DNA of 64,000 bases from assembly GCA_040006935.1 (NCBI GenBank), contig JBDTVZ010000001.1, positions 231,772-295,771 on the forward strand, written 5' to 3'. Shown here one piece after another: positions 10,101 through 17,599 of this stretch. Made by a program: the position numbers and the translations under genes. Numbering within the stretch: position 1 is the stretch's first letter; each line of letters begins with the position of its first letter. The notes under the pieces were generated by a model. It saw only the letters and a list, made by a program, of their open reading frames with translations. It was not told the origin of the DNA and did not search any database. Origin of the DNA: Candidatus Dojkabacteria bacterium (GTDB lineage Bacteria; Patescibacteriota; Dojkabacteria; J137).

Positions 10101-12500
10101 TTAGGCGATGGAGCTGCTGCATTGGTCGGCACAAAAGATTATAACTACGATAGCTTACAAAGATTAACAAAAGCTACTGTAACTCATAATTCAGTCGGAC
10201 AAAATGTTGTTGATTCAATTGAAGAATTTGGCTATGACAATATTGGAAATAGAGTAAATCTCAAAACAACAAATGTGTCATCTCCAGCGGAGTCGAGGGA
10301 TGCGGAATTAAATTATTCTTACAACGATGCAAATCAATTAATTGAAGATTCTGCTAATAATTACTCTTATGATGCAAATGGAAATAGAATTAGCAAAACA
10401 GGTAAAGATGGTAATAAAAGTATTCAATACTCTTACGATCTTGCAGATAACTTAACGAATGTTCAAAGCAATATTAGCGGAAAAAATTATAATATAAGTT
10501 ATAACTACGATGGGTTAAATCGAAGAGTTGAGAAAAGTATTAATAGTACTAATAGCAATTTCTATAGTGATGTCTCTTATATTAAATATGCTTATCTTGG
10601 AAAATCCTTTGATACTATTTCTCAGGATGTAAATGGAACTATTCAAAACTTTTACAGAGCTGGAATTAGTAATATTGAGCCTACTTTAATTGCGAGTGAT
10701 TTAATAAGTCCAGCGGTTAAAGTAACAGATCCTGTTGTGCAAAATGATGAACCAGAAGTGCCAGCTTCGTTCCCAGTGTCATATCCTGGAGATGAGGTTC
10801 CAAGTTCATATCCAGTTTCTTATCCTGATGATTCAGTCACTCCAGAGCAAACTCCTGTTGAAGATACTTCTGTAAATTTAAGCTATTACTTTAGAGATGG
10901 ATTAGATTCTGTTGTGGGTGTTTCGAATAAGAATTCTACTGTAGATTATTTAAACGAATATTCATCTTATGGAAAAATTAAAGACTCTTCTAAATTAGAT
11001 GTGTTTAATTCAAAAACATATTCTGGACAAGATTATGATGTTGAAAGTGAAATGTCTTATTATGGTTCGAGATATTATGATTCTGAAATTGGGAGTTGGA
11101 ATAAAATGGATAGTTATCAAGGAAATACATCTAATCCAAGTTCGAGAAATAAATATGCATTTGTAGAAAATAATCCAGTGAATAGTGTGGATGTGGATGG
11201 ATTTGCTGGCGAACAGATGACAGGTGATCAAGCAATTACTTATCTAAATGATCAAGTAACACAAACAAATACATTTATTAGCCAAGCAGATAAAGCTGCG
11301 GTAGATGGACAGAATAGAATAAACGATATTAATAATAGTTTAGCTACTTTATCTGCAGACGCTACTTCTAAATACTGGTCAGCACACCATGCATTAGAAG
11401 ATGAGTATACATATGTTTTGATGAATGGAGTTGTTGGAAGATTACAAGCTAGAGGCTACTCGTTGAACTATGGTCAGGTTTACAATTATCTTGGCAATAA
11501 AATTACTGAGAAATCGTATATTTATGCTGCCAAACAACAACAATATTACGCCGCTGCGCAGTTGTATGAATCCTCTGTACAAGAGAGAGATTATTTGCAG
11601 AATGATTATCTACCTCAAATTTCATCTGCTAAGATAGAAGCTTTAAAATATATTGATGATACGAATTCATTAAAAAGTGATGTTCAAAATCAAATAGATC
11701 AGATCAAAGCTGATGCTCAAAATAGAGCAAACGCCGCAGAAACTCAGAGAAATATTTCCCTGTTATTTGCAGGTGCGGGGGCAGTTATAGGTGGAACTAT
11801 TTGTGCAGTAGCGACTGCTGGTATTGCAACAGCTGGATGTGTGGCTGGTGGTATAGCATTAGTAGCTGGCGTAGGGTCTGCTGCAAACTCAGAAATAAAT
11901 AGACAAGATGCTATGTATACTGTGAAGACAGGTACATTCATGGACTCTAAAGCTAATTTCTTTAATAATTTAGGATTTGATAAAACAACTTCAAGTTCAC
12001 TAAGTAATGCAATAAATGTTGGTGGGAATGTAGCATTTGTGGTTTCTGGAGTAGCAGCTGTTGCGACAGGTGTAATAGCAGGTGTGGCTTTATTGGCACC
12101 AGTTATAGCTGGTGTAGGAACTACCACTGCTGCTACTGCCGCCACAGAAGCTACCGCAACTGGTGGAACTATCGCCTTAGGATTAGATGAACTAGGAAGT
12201 AGCTTAGATAAATTTGCAGAAGAAGTACAAGCAATCACTTATAAAGCCTTTGTACCCGCAGAGGCGCTTGCTACCTCTGACTGGAAACCCTATGTCTTGG
12301 AGAAATTAGCGGATGTTTCCACTAAGATCAACTTTAATCTAACAGGTATAAATAGTATTATGAATAGTGTTAGTAGAGCATCAGCAGGAATGGGAGGAGC
12401 TACTGATTGGGAATTATTGCAAATATACAATAACCCACAATTCTGGGATAGAGTAACATTTTTTCAGGATGGAGTGATAGTACCAAACCCTTTTAATTAA
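4167..12500 (+). CDS. RHS/YD-repeat polymorphic toxin with signal peptide, degenerate M23 domain, YD repeats, RHS core and glycine-zipper C-terminal toxin domain
   Basis: 2777 aa with an N-terminal signal peptide. LytM-like block at aa ~55-165. Dozens of YxYDxxGN repeats span aa ~330-2190. RHS-associated core (YYGSRYYDSEIGSW...NKYAFVENNPVNSVDVDGF) ends at aa 2346. A distinct 431-aa C-terminal domain follows. Confidence 0.85.
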   Translation: MLKKLLIVTFLFLFLTSTTGKVAAFSFDPFDKYGKFLPWLTNPSWRDNQQMVITSTPNGHLSNFGYRAVDFARNGGDAATIGIPVLAISDGVVEKVGNDPQGWGNYVILDHQNGYKTRYAHLGLVVLNSSDVGHAIRRGQEIGEFGNTGRVTSANLELEMMNSANGAIDPIADGRAFQGFISNSQVSVSWQSPITSFNHDHAFVKSTNDVRPNDPGNPWDPPVIDPLDRYLQNYGYLFPSGMVAEPINTALGSFLHRSNDLEFNNPSGPEFKFERVSNSPDQFIGFNGLGWTNTFNIKVLANPDNTFSVKFEDGRGESFKEVDTDPNTYTRDFQKLTAESLGTLVRLDASNNYRFQYTSGDKTIYLFNSDKGSLAWGKIEKITSVDGKSINFIYDSNGNLQKASDSFGNWMTLSFGQDKLLDTLTGSDGSVINYSYNFDGRLTSVTKNNGGAWTYAYDSQGRITTIIDAEGKTVVAKNTYDSAGRVIEQIDGNGGTTKLEYTSDASNNKSTKITDPLGNVTVQLHNANNYLTEEDRADGTSIKKEYNAQGKVTKETNESAVATLYEYDANGNTTKETHADGYIKETKYSSQNLPIEIKDPSGIISMEYNNAGRKTKVTDQLGSVSTYLYDANNNLIKEINNNGNAKVYAYNANGHLVEQSDFSTSSDLKYEYDARGNQTKVTDALNNVSTFTYDGRNHLVKSTDSRGSVKTYAYDRNGNLASETDEAGAVKTYRSDNNENIVEIAYPSQYLQYPTKQVGILNNSNTLIDEKFNTNLSRWDVSNSNVQIIGKTLLTKNKTTDSKIYSVWLEPKLDQEYWLSALYKTANATAPQFNIEMYDANFNFVRNAKPLGLTWNGGTFDGWDNEYRNAFYFPEDLWKGSQVSIIKYARLIITLPAGSNGTEGTTILDDIYLGHLNRPIAKIINYKGGWLGEKMILDATGSWDFETNIKKAYWTEITGPEVSINEESNKLMSSFVIPALDKDTAFTFRLIVEDGNGVRSIARTKTLVIKKNTLLPTELNNVSNEVQDDFIDPNDPTSQIDTSSPPILVNVTEQFEYDKNNNRIKYKDKNGNITRYTYNNRNELIKTDSYGAGVSILSSQIFAYDKVGNIIKKTDLTSPGINQDGNITRFIYDSLNRITETINPDGKSQKIKYDILGRVIEKTDLEGNVTKYEYDALGRNTKMIDSSNAATIYSYDRVGNMIKKIDTLGNATIYAYDSSGRTSGVRNAIGDVANYVYDSVGNLIGQRNFAGELTILSYDGNNNLIGQTNTLNLKTNFEYDSRNNLTKITDPNGDYTTYNYDAMGNKVREVDALGQQKNLVYDNNGNLIQFTGENGESIKTSYDGLNRKIAEVDQKGNTVKYQYDSLGNVISQTDKNGNGTSYKYDKNRNVIEIVNALGDSQRIEYSPNGNILKTIDPLGNATTYKYNNLNENIETINPIGGSIKSTFDSLGRLTSKTDLQNKATTYAYDSLGNVIKITDRIGNETSIEYDKVGKVIKVTKPNGAISQSEYDSIGRLAKDINAENGVTTYGYDSASNLISTTLPNNITTSFGYDSLNRKVHESVAGVSKSSEYDSIGRLIKSIDANGNQTSYQYDSVNNIAKVTNPRGFSTNFEYDNNGNLTKVTNAKGTATTFEYNGLNLQTKTTQADGTTLSQVYDKDGRVVKSIDPKGNSIGNSYDALGRIVSNKNQLGNSTSYEFDANGNVVKKTDAEGNLTKYAYDSLDRLVKVTDALNHDTNYEYDNVGNLTKEINANNKSTIRNYNKLNQLKEETDPLGNKVSYSYDLAGDLVSKVKADGTVVGYSYDALNRLNTIGFSDSNQNVNYEYDNAGNITKIQKGNSVVSFIYDENSNLISATQDGNSTVSYSYDELNNQSQIRYPNQTIAEFDYTALNQVKDLSIKKNSAISTTQFGYDANGNLTSQVNPNGSQISKDYDNTNRLTKVSDISITHDSEGVTNTSNIAEFNYSLDKNGNKLSEGFKLGDGAAALVGTKDYNYDSLQRLTKATVTHNSVGQNVVDSIEEFGYDNIGNRVNLKTTNVSSPAESRDAELNYSYNDANQLIEDSANNYSYDANGNRISKTGKDGNKSIQYSYDLADNLTNVQSNISGKNYNISYNYDGLNRRVEKSINSTNSNFYSDVSYIKYAYLGKSFDTISQDVNGTIQNFYRAGISNIEPTLIASDLISPAVKVTDPVVQNDEPEVPASFPVSYPGDEVPSSYPVSYPDDSVTPEQTPVEDTSVNLSYYFRDGLDSVVGVSNKNSTVDYLNEYSSYGKIKDSSKLDVFNSKTYSGQDYDVESEMSYYGSRYYDSEIGSWNKMDSYQGNTSNPSSRNKYAFVENNPVNSVDVDGFAGEQMTGDQAITYLNDQVTQTNTFISQADKAAVDGQNRINDINNSLATLSADATSKYWSAHHALEDEYTYVLMNGVVGRLQARGYSLNYGQVYNYLGNKITEKSYIYAAKQQQYYAAAQLYESSVQERDYLQNDYLPQISSAKIEALKYIDDTNSLKSDVQNQIDQIKADAQNRANAAETQRNISLLFAGAGAVIGGTICAVATAGIATAGCVAGGIALVAGVGSAANSEINRQDAMYTVKTGTFMDSKANFFNNLGFDKTTSSSLSNAINVGGNVAFVVSGVAAVATGVIAGVALLAPVIAGVGTTTAATAATEATATGGTIALGLDELGSSLDKFAEEVQAITYKAFVPAEALATSDWKPYVLEKLADVSTKINFNLTGINSIMNSVSRASAGMGGATDWELLQIYNNPQFWDRVTFFQDGVIVPNPFN
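4329..4661 (+). other. Degenerate (probably non-catalytic) LytM/M23 peptidase-like domain within the RHS protein
   Basis: YRAVDF sits where HxxxD is expected. NLELEM sits where HxH is expected. The central YAHL and the glycine-rich core are retained. Confidence 0.5.
6921..7200 (+). other. Ig/PKD-like domain inserted within the YD-repeat region
   Basis: The stretch IAKIINYKGGWLGEKMILDATGSWDFE...TAFTFRLIVEDGNGVRS is non-YD and beta-sandwich-like. Confidence 0.35.
11205..12497 (+). other. C-terminal toxin domain of the RHS protein with two Gly/Ala-rich glycine-zipper hydrophobic segments (putative pore-former)
   Basis: It lies directly after the DVDGF end of the RHS core. Hydrophobic segments: AGAGAVIGGTICAVATAGIATAGCVAGGIALVAGVG and VAFVVSGVAAVATGVIAGVALLAPVIAGVG. 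Confidence 0.5.
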
Positions 12501-12517
12501 ATTTTAACTACTAACTT

Positions 12518-12910
12518 ATGATTATAAAGAGAAAATTTAGCTTAGTAGGATGGAGTCCAACTTTCGGGAGGATTTTATACAGAAGTCCTGGCGATCATAA
12601 AGACACTATTAATCTGGATATTGTATTTATTGACACAAAATATATAAATGCACCTACGCAGTTTGAACTTGAATCCATCAAAGAGGTGACACAATTAGAT
12701 GAAGGTATGAATTTTTTATCAAATAATAAGATAGCGGCTCTGGAACAAGACTTAAAGGTTTTTGAGCTTTCCACTAAGACTCAAAAATTCTATATTGTTG
12801 CCTCATTTATCTCAATGTTTGAAAATAAATTGGAGCTTCTGGAACTACCTTTTGAGAAAGATAAGACATCTATAAAGTCTTACAAGCCAATAGACACTAA
12901 AGGTTTATGA
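12518..12910 (+). CDS. Hypothetical protein, candidate immunity protein for the RHS C-terminal toxin
   Basis: 130 aa, beginning 18 nt after the RHS stop on the same strand. Position is the only evidence. Confidence 0.3.
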   Translation: MIIKRKFSLVGWSPTFGRILYRSPGDHKDTINLDIVFIDTKYINAPTQFELESIKEVTQLDEGMNFLSNNKIAALEQDLKVFELSTKTQKFYIVASFISMFENKLELLELPFEKDKTSIKSYKPIDTKGL

Positions 12911-13048
12911 TTTATTTTCTTTTAGGGTGGCTGCACCAGAACTAATTAAATTTAAAAATTTATGCCTTCTAGAAGAGTTCCTAAAGAACAAAGTATTAGT
13001 GTCGATATCGTTTTACATCACGCATTATATATCCCTTAATATTATTTT

Positions 13049-13669
13049 ATGTTTCTAATTTCAAATTCAGTTACAAAAATAATTTCAATCGTAAGTTCAG
13101 AACCTACGATTCAAATGCCTGTCAGGTTTAGTATTAAATACATAGATAATACTAATTATAATAAACTTCTAATATTCTATATTGAATTTGATGGTAAGTA
13201 CTTAGAATTAGAGTTTAATTATAAAGAAGGTGATTCTCAAGGAATTCTAATTAGTTGTGAGTTGATTAATTATCATGAAAAGTTTCAAATAATTGATGGG
13301 ATTTACACTCTTAGTGAAGATATTTCAAAGGATATACCACTTTTCGATTTAAATAACGGATTTCAAATTGAACCCACAAAAAACCCTTATATAGTAAAGA
13401 AAAGTACTCACGATTTCGGATTAATAAAATACGAGAATGCTATCCAAATTAATTTTTCAACTTCTAAATCTAATAAAAAATTTACTATTGGAGAGAAGAT
13501 CCTCATAGGTTTAGATACAGATAATAATTTAAATGAAATTGTTATACTGAATTTATCCGATATCGAAGAAGATTTAATCAATCTCAAGTTAAGTGATCAA
13601 GAGAATAAAAAGTATGACCTATCTTCTGAAACTTTGAAGTATTTAAAAGAAACAAGGAATTTATCTTAA
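13049..13669 (+). CDS. Hypothetical protein, possible second or orphan immunity protein
   Basis: 206-aa soluble, acidic protein downstream in the same orientation. Confidence 0.25.
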   Translation: MFLISNSVTKIISIVSSEPTIQMPVRFSIKYIDNTNYNKLLIFYIEFDGKYLELEFNYKEGDSQGILISCELINYHEKFQIIDGIYTLSEDISKDIPLFDLNNGFQIEPTKNPYIVKKSTHDFGLIKYENAIQINFSTSKSNKKFTIGEKILIGLDTDNNLNEIVILNLSDIEEDLINLKLSDQENKKYDLSSETLKYLKETRNLS

Positions 13670-13691
13670 TAATATTTATTAAATATTTATA

Positions 13692-14111
13692 ATGTTACTA
13701 AGAAGATTAATTGCACGATATATTGATAACTTTTCAATATTAATAGCTTCCTTTTTACTGGGTTTTGGAGGATTTTTAATTGCTGGGATTATTACACAAT
13801 CTAATAAGATAGCTACTTTAATATTTTTTTGTATTTTTGTAATAGCATTTATTATTGTATACGTTATAGATTTTATTGTTCTACCTAAAAAGACAGGTAG
13901 TACTGTTGGGAAGAGAGTATTAAGATTAAAAATCATCAATGATAATGGTAGTGATTTAAAATATTCACAATTAATTATAAGAGAGATTATTGTACAAGCG
14001 GTTGGTTTTTTTGGAATATTTGGTGTAATTCTTCTACTGATGAGTTATTCAGGACCTCAACATAAGTTATTTTATGACAGTACATTAGATATGAATGTTG
14101 TTAAAAGATAA
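13692..14111 (+). CDS. RDD-family-like small membrane protein
   Basis: Two hydrophobic helices flank TGSTVGKRVLRLKIIND...REIIVQ, which resembles the RDD family. Confidence 0.35.
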   Translation: MLLRRLIARYIDNFSILIASFLLGFGGFLIAGIITQSNKIATLIFFCIFVIAFIIVYVIDFIVLPKKTGSTVGKRVLRLKIINDNGSDLKYSQLIIREIIVQAVGFFGIFGVILLLMSYSGPQHKLFYDSTLDMNVVKR

Positions 14112-14140
14112 ACATAGGAATTTAAGAAAGAAGATGAAAG

Positions 14141-14195
14141 TATAAGTAAATTTTGTCATTCTCTCGTAGAAAATGTCAAAATCTGTATTGCGGTA
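14141..14195 (+). promoter_or_regulatory. Conserved upstream motif copy 2 (TTGTCA ... AAAATGTCAAAATCTGTATTGCGGTACAAT)
   Basis: About 31 of 35 nt identical to 2846..2880, about 60 nt upstream of the 14254 start. Confidence 0.35.
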
Positions 14196-14253
14196 CAATG
14201 TTTTATTATTCATAGCAAGTTATAATATACCAATTATATATTACAAGTAACAA

Positions 14254-14784
14254 ATGAGTGAAGTTAAAGCAATAAAGCAAGGAAATAATGATGACTTGAA
14301 GAAGAGAAAAAATGTAAATAACGTAGCCTATTTGTTTGTTCTTTACGGATTTTTAGGATTTTTTGAGAATCTTCTTTTGGTAGGTCCAACAGCTCACAAA
14401 CCAGAAGTCCTTGTAACATTCATTATCGGATTTATACTTCTTGCTATACCTTACATTATACTTCCCCTAAAGGCGAAACAAACTTTAGATGTTAATTATG
14501 CAAAAGCATTGAAATTTTATTTATTACTAGTCATGGTAATCCCCACAATTGTATTATTTGTTGTATTTCTAATAACACATAACCTTGTAAGTATCCCTTT
14601 TTCTATCTTTGATTTATTGTTTTTTGGACTTTCATTTCAATTCGAAAATAATATTAAGGAGTTTAATCCAAAATTTAAATATTCCTTTAAACAATTTTTG
14701 AAAGTATTTGTTCCATCTGCTCTTTTATTATGTGCTGGATTTACACTGACTTTTATTTCAGGAATACTTAACGCAGTCAAATAG
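14254..14784 (+). CDS. Polytopic membrane protein (4-5 TM), hypothetical
   Basis: Hydrophobicity pattern. It shares the upstream motif with the RHS operon. Confidence 0.4.
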   Translation: MSEVKAIKQGNNDDLKKRKNVNNVAYLFVLYGFLGFFENLLLVGPTAHKPEVLVTFIIGFILLAIPYIILPLKAKQTLDVNYAKALKFYLLLVMVIPTIVLFVVFLITHNLVSIPFSIFDLLFFGLSFQFENNIKEFNPKFKYSFKQFLKVFVPSALLLCAGFTLTFISGILNAVK

Positions 14785-14808
14785 CATATTAATAAAACCA
14801 GATTAACC

Positions 14809-15762
14809 TTACATCTCACCATAGCCTCCAGCAAAAAGGCTAGAGGATATCGCATCAAAAGCATTAGTCACTAAAAGTTCTAACTGTTTTCTCTCAAAGC
14901 TAAATACGCTTGCTCCCTTTGGCATTTTTACACTAATTCTCTCATTTGGTTGGGCTATTCTTTTTGGTACATCTACTTGTCCTAACTTAATATTTCTCAT
15001 AATGGGAAGTACCCAGCCTTCTTCATCGGAAGTCTTGCAGCTAACGCCTATCACATAATTTGCATCGCACTCTTTTGCTTCTTCAACTCCATAACCTGAG
15101 ATTAAGTCTCCATCTGTAAAATATTCTGGTCCAATATTAATTGCTGGTGCAATTAAGGGAAAAGATGAGGAGGCTACCATTCCTGCAACAAAATCATGAA
15201 CGGTTTCAGGTTTAAAAATACGTTTCTTTCTTTTTTTCATATCAGTTAGTTGAAACCTGAGATTTGCGCGTAATTTAAATCCAATTCTTTTTTGTATTTC
15301 CTCTAAATTTGTAGGTGTATTTAGAAAAGGAATATCTTTCGAATAATATTGCGCAAAGGCCTGTCGAAATATTGATTCTGCATCTATTAAAGTCAAGTTG
15401 GGAATATGCCTTAATAAATACCAATAATAATGTTCCGGCGATATTAATGATTGATGAGAAAAAATAGCACTGTGGCTAAATAGGTTATGCAATTTGAAAT
15501 CAGCTACTGATTCTAAGATTTCCTTCCAACTATATCCAAGTGAGTAGAGTGTAAAAGGTATAGTCGCCGATGAAGATGCAATTATTAATCCTGGAGTTAT
15601 TTTCTGTTCTTCTAGCCACTTTATAATTCCTATCGATGCACCAAAAGCTAGGCTCAAACCACCTTTTATACTAATACATAAATCAGGTACTTGTCTTACA
15701 TTTTCCCAGTTTTCAAATGAATACTTTGCTATTAAAGGTTCTGGCTGATTTTGATCTAACAT
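14809..15762 (-). CDS. Hypothetical protein, possibly a divergent patatin-like fold
   Basis: KGGLSLAFGASIGIIKWLEE resembles the patatin Gly-rich block. IASSSATI sits where GxSxG is expected. A DGD occurs near the C-terminus. All are weak matches. Confidence 0.25.
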   Translation of the reverse strand: MLDQNQPEPLIAKYSFENWENVRQVPDLCISIKGGLSLAFGASIGIIKWLEEQKITPGLIIASSSATIPFTLYSLGYSWKEILESVADFKLHNLFSHSAIFSHQSLISPEHYYWYLLRHIPNLTLIDAESIFRQAFAQYYSKDIPFLNTPTNLEEIQKRIGFKLRANLRFQLTDMKKRKKRIFKPETVHDFVAGMVASSSFPLIAPAINIGPEYFTDGDLISGYGVEEAKECDANYVIGVSCKTSDEEGWVLPIMRNIKLGQVDVPKRIAQPNERISVKMPKGASVFSFERKQLELLVTNAFDAISSSLFAGGYGEM

Positions 15763-15776
15763 AAGCTTAGTATGTT

Positions 15777-16649
15777 TTATACAAAATTCATGTTCACCAT
15801 TTCAACATCCATTAGAAGGGCTAGACCACCAACACTTCCAGTATTATCTTTAAACATAGATTTTTTAAACTTAGGAACTTTAAATTGGAATTTTTTCATA
15901 ATCATTTGCTCGCTATACTTCATTAGTTTAGTCAAAAACGCATCTTGATTGGCAGCAAGTCCTCCACCAAAAATAAATATTTCTACTGGATGAAAAATTA
16001 GAAAGTTCATCAGTCCTTGTGCAAAGTACCGAGATGCCACAATCCAAGCTTCCTCATCTTTTAAATCTTCTGGCTTTAAACCGTACATTTCCATGAACCC
16101 TTTCCCCGAAGCGTATGCTTCTAAACAGCCTCGCTGTCCACAAATGCATTTTTCACCATCTGGAACTATGATTATGTGACCAAACTCTGTAGGGTAAATT
16201 AAATCTTTATTTTCAAACTTATTAATTCTAACTGCACCAACTCCAGTTCCAACAATTACAAAGCCCATTGATTTATAATCTTTTCCGTATCCAAAATATC
16301 TCTCCGCAAGTCCAGCAACAACCGCATCATTTTCTATCTTAACTTTACAATTAAGTTCTTTTTTTAAATCTTCACAGATATTAAAACCTTCCCAGTAGGG
16401 GAAGGAATCGGATCCAATAACGTTACCTTTGATTGGATTCATGCTACCAGTCATAGAAATACCAATCCCTTTAAGCTTTTCTTTGCCAGCCATTTCCTTA
16501 ATATTTTCTACAAATTTATTAATAGCATAGCCGTACTTTTCAAATTCTTTGCTTAGGAATTGTCTTTTTTCTATAAATGAATCTGGATCTAATTTAGTAA
16601 ATGAAGAAATTCGAATATTTGTTCCACCGATGTCGATCGTTATATACAT
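15777..16649 (-). CDS. ROK family sugar kinase (glucokinase-like)
   Basis: N-terminal IDIGGTNIR motif. ROK zinc motif CICGQRGCLEAY. Confidence 0.75.
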   Translation of the reverse strand: MYITIDIGGTNIRISSFTKLDPDSFIEKRQFLSKEFEKYGYAINKFVENIKEMAGKEKLKGIGISMTGSMNPIKGNVIGSDSFPYWEGFNICEDLKKELNCKVKIENDAVVAGLAERYFGYGKDYKSMGFVIVGTGVGAVRINKFENKDLIYPTEFGHIIIVPDGEKCICGQRGCLEAYASGKGFMEMYGLKPEDLKDEEAWIVASRYFAQGLMNFLIFHPVEIFIFGGGLAANQDAFLTKLMKYSEQMIMKKFQFKVPKFKKSMFKDNTGSVGGLALLMDVEMVNMNFV

Positions 16650-16658
16650 ATGAAGAAG

Positions 16659-17462
16659 TTAAATTTCAAGAATTATTCCAATAGGGCAATGGTCCGAGCC
16701 CATAATTTCGGGTCGAATATATGCATCTCTCAAATTATCTTTTAAAGATTCAGACACACAGAAATAGTCAATTCTCCAACCAACATTTTTTGCCCTAGCA
16801 CCACCAAAAGCTGTCCACCAAGTATATTTCCCAGCTTCATCTGAGTGAAATTTTCTAAAAGTATCAATAAAACCTGCCTCAACAATATTAGTAAAGCCTT
16901 CTCTTTCTTTATCTGTAAATCCGTGATTATTATGATTAGTATCTGGTCTTGCTAAATCAATTTCCTGATGAGCAACATTTAAATCTCCACAAAAAATCAC
17001 AGGTTTTATTTTTTCTAATTCTTTAATGTAAGTTAAGAAAGTTGGGTCCCAAAGGTCATACCTAAAAGGTAATCTTGAAAGATCTGGCTTGGAGTTTGGA
17101 GTGTACACACTAATTACAAAAAATTTCTCAAACTCAGCTGTTGTGACTCTACCTTCGTTATTTGCATCACCATAACTGTCTTGAATAGGTGTAACTTTAT
17201 CGCCAATTAAAATATTATTAGTAACTTTAATAGCCTTTTCCTTTGAGAAAATTGCAGTTCCGGAATATCCTTTTTTCTGAGCAGAATTCCAATACTCAGT
17301 ATATTCAGGTAAGTCGACTTCAGCTTGGCCCTGCATGGCTTTAATTTCCTGAAGGCAAATAATGTCGGGATTTTCTTGTTTTACATAATCAAGAAAACCC
17401 TTTTTAATAGCAGCTCGTATTCCATTAACATTCCACGAAATTATTTTGAGTGTTTTAGACAT
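16659..17462 (-). CDS. xth: Exodeoxyribonuclease III (AP endonuclease, Xth family)
   Basis: LKIISWNVNGIRAA, ICLQEIK and the C-terminal GSDHCPI motif. The ORF-track start at 17525 adds 21 non-conserved residues, so the start is placed at MSKTLKI. Confidence 0.85.
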   Translation of the reverse strand: MSKTLKIISWNVNGIRAAIKKGFLDYVKQENPDIICLQEIKAMQGQAEVDLPEYTEYWNSAQKKGYSGTAIFSKEKAIKVTNNILIGDKVTPIQDSYGDANNEGRVTTAEFEKFFVISVYTPNSKPDLSRLPFRYDLWDPTFLTYIKELEKIKPVIFCGDLNVAHQEIDLARPDTNHNNHGFTDKEREGFTNIVEAGFIDTFRKFHSDEAGKYTWWTAFGGARAKNVGWRIDYFCVSESLKDNLRDAYIRPEIMGSDHCPIGIILEI

Positions 17463-17560
17463 TTGGTAATTATATCGCATGACATAGTTTCTGTCACCGG
17501 TGATAATCTTAGGGAAAGAGCACATTCTTTCCTACTAACACATGATTTAGACCTATCTCA

Positions 17561-17569
17561 TGGTATAAT
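17561..17569 (+). promoter_or_regulatory. Extended -10 promoter element TGGTATAAT upstream of the ABC-F gene
   Basis: TGnTATAAT lies about 30 nt before the ATG at 17600. Confidence 0.35.
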
Positions 17570-17599
17570 CAAGACTGGCATTATTTAATTCTAAATATT

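Noticed and set aside
17463-17525. 5' extension of the exonuclease III ORF (MCSFPKIITGDRNYVMRYNYQ)
   Set aside because: ExoIII homologues start at M-K-I-ISWNVNG. The 21 extra residues have no counterpart. Start moved to 17462.
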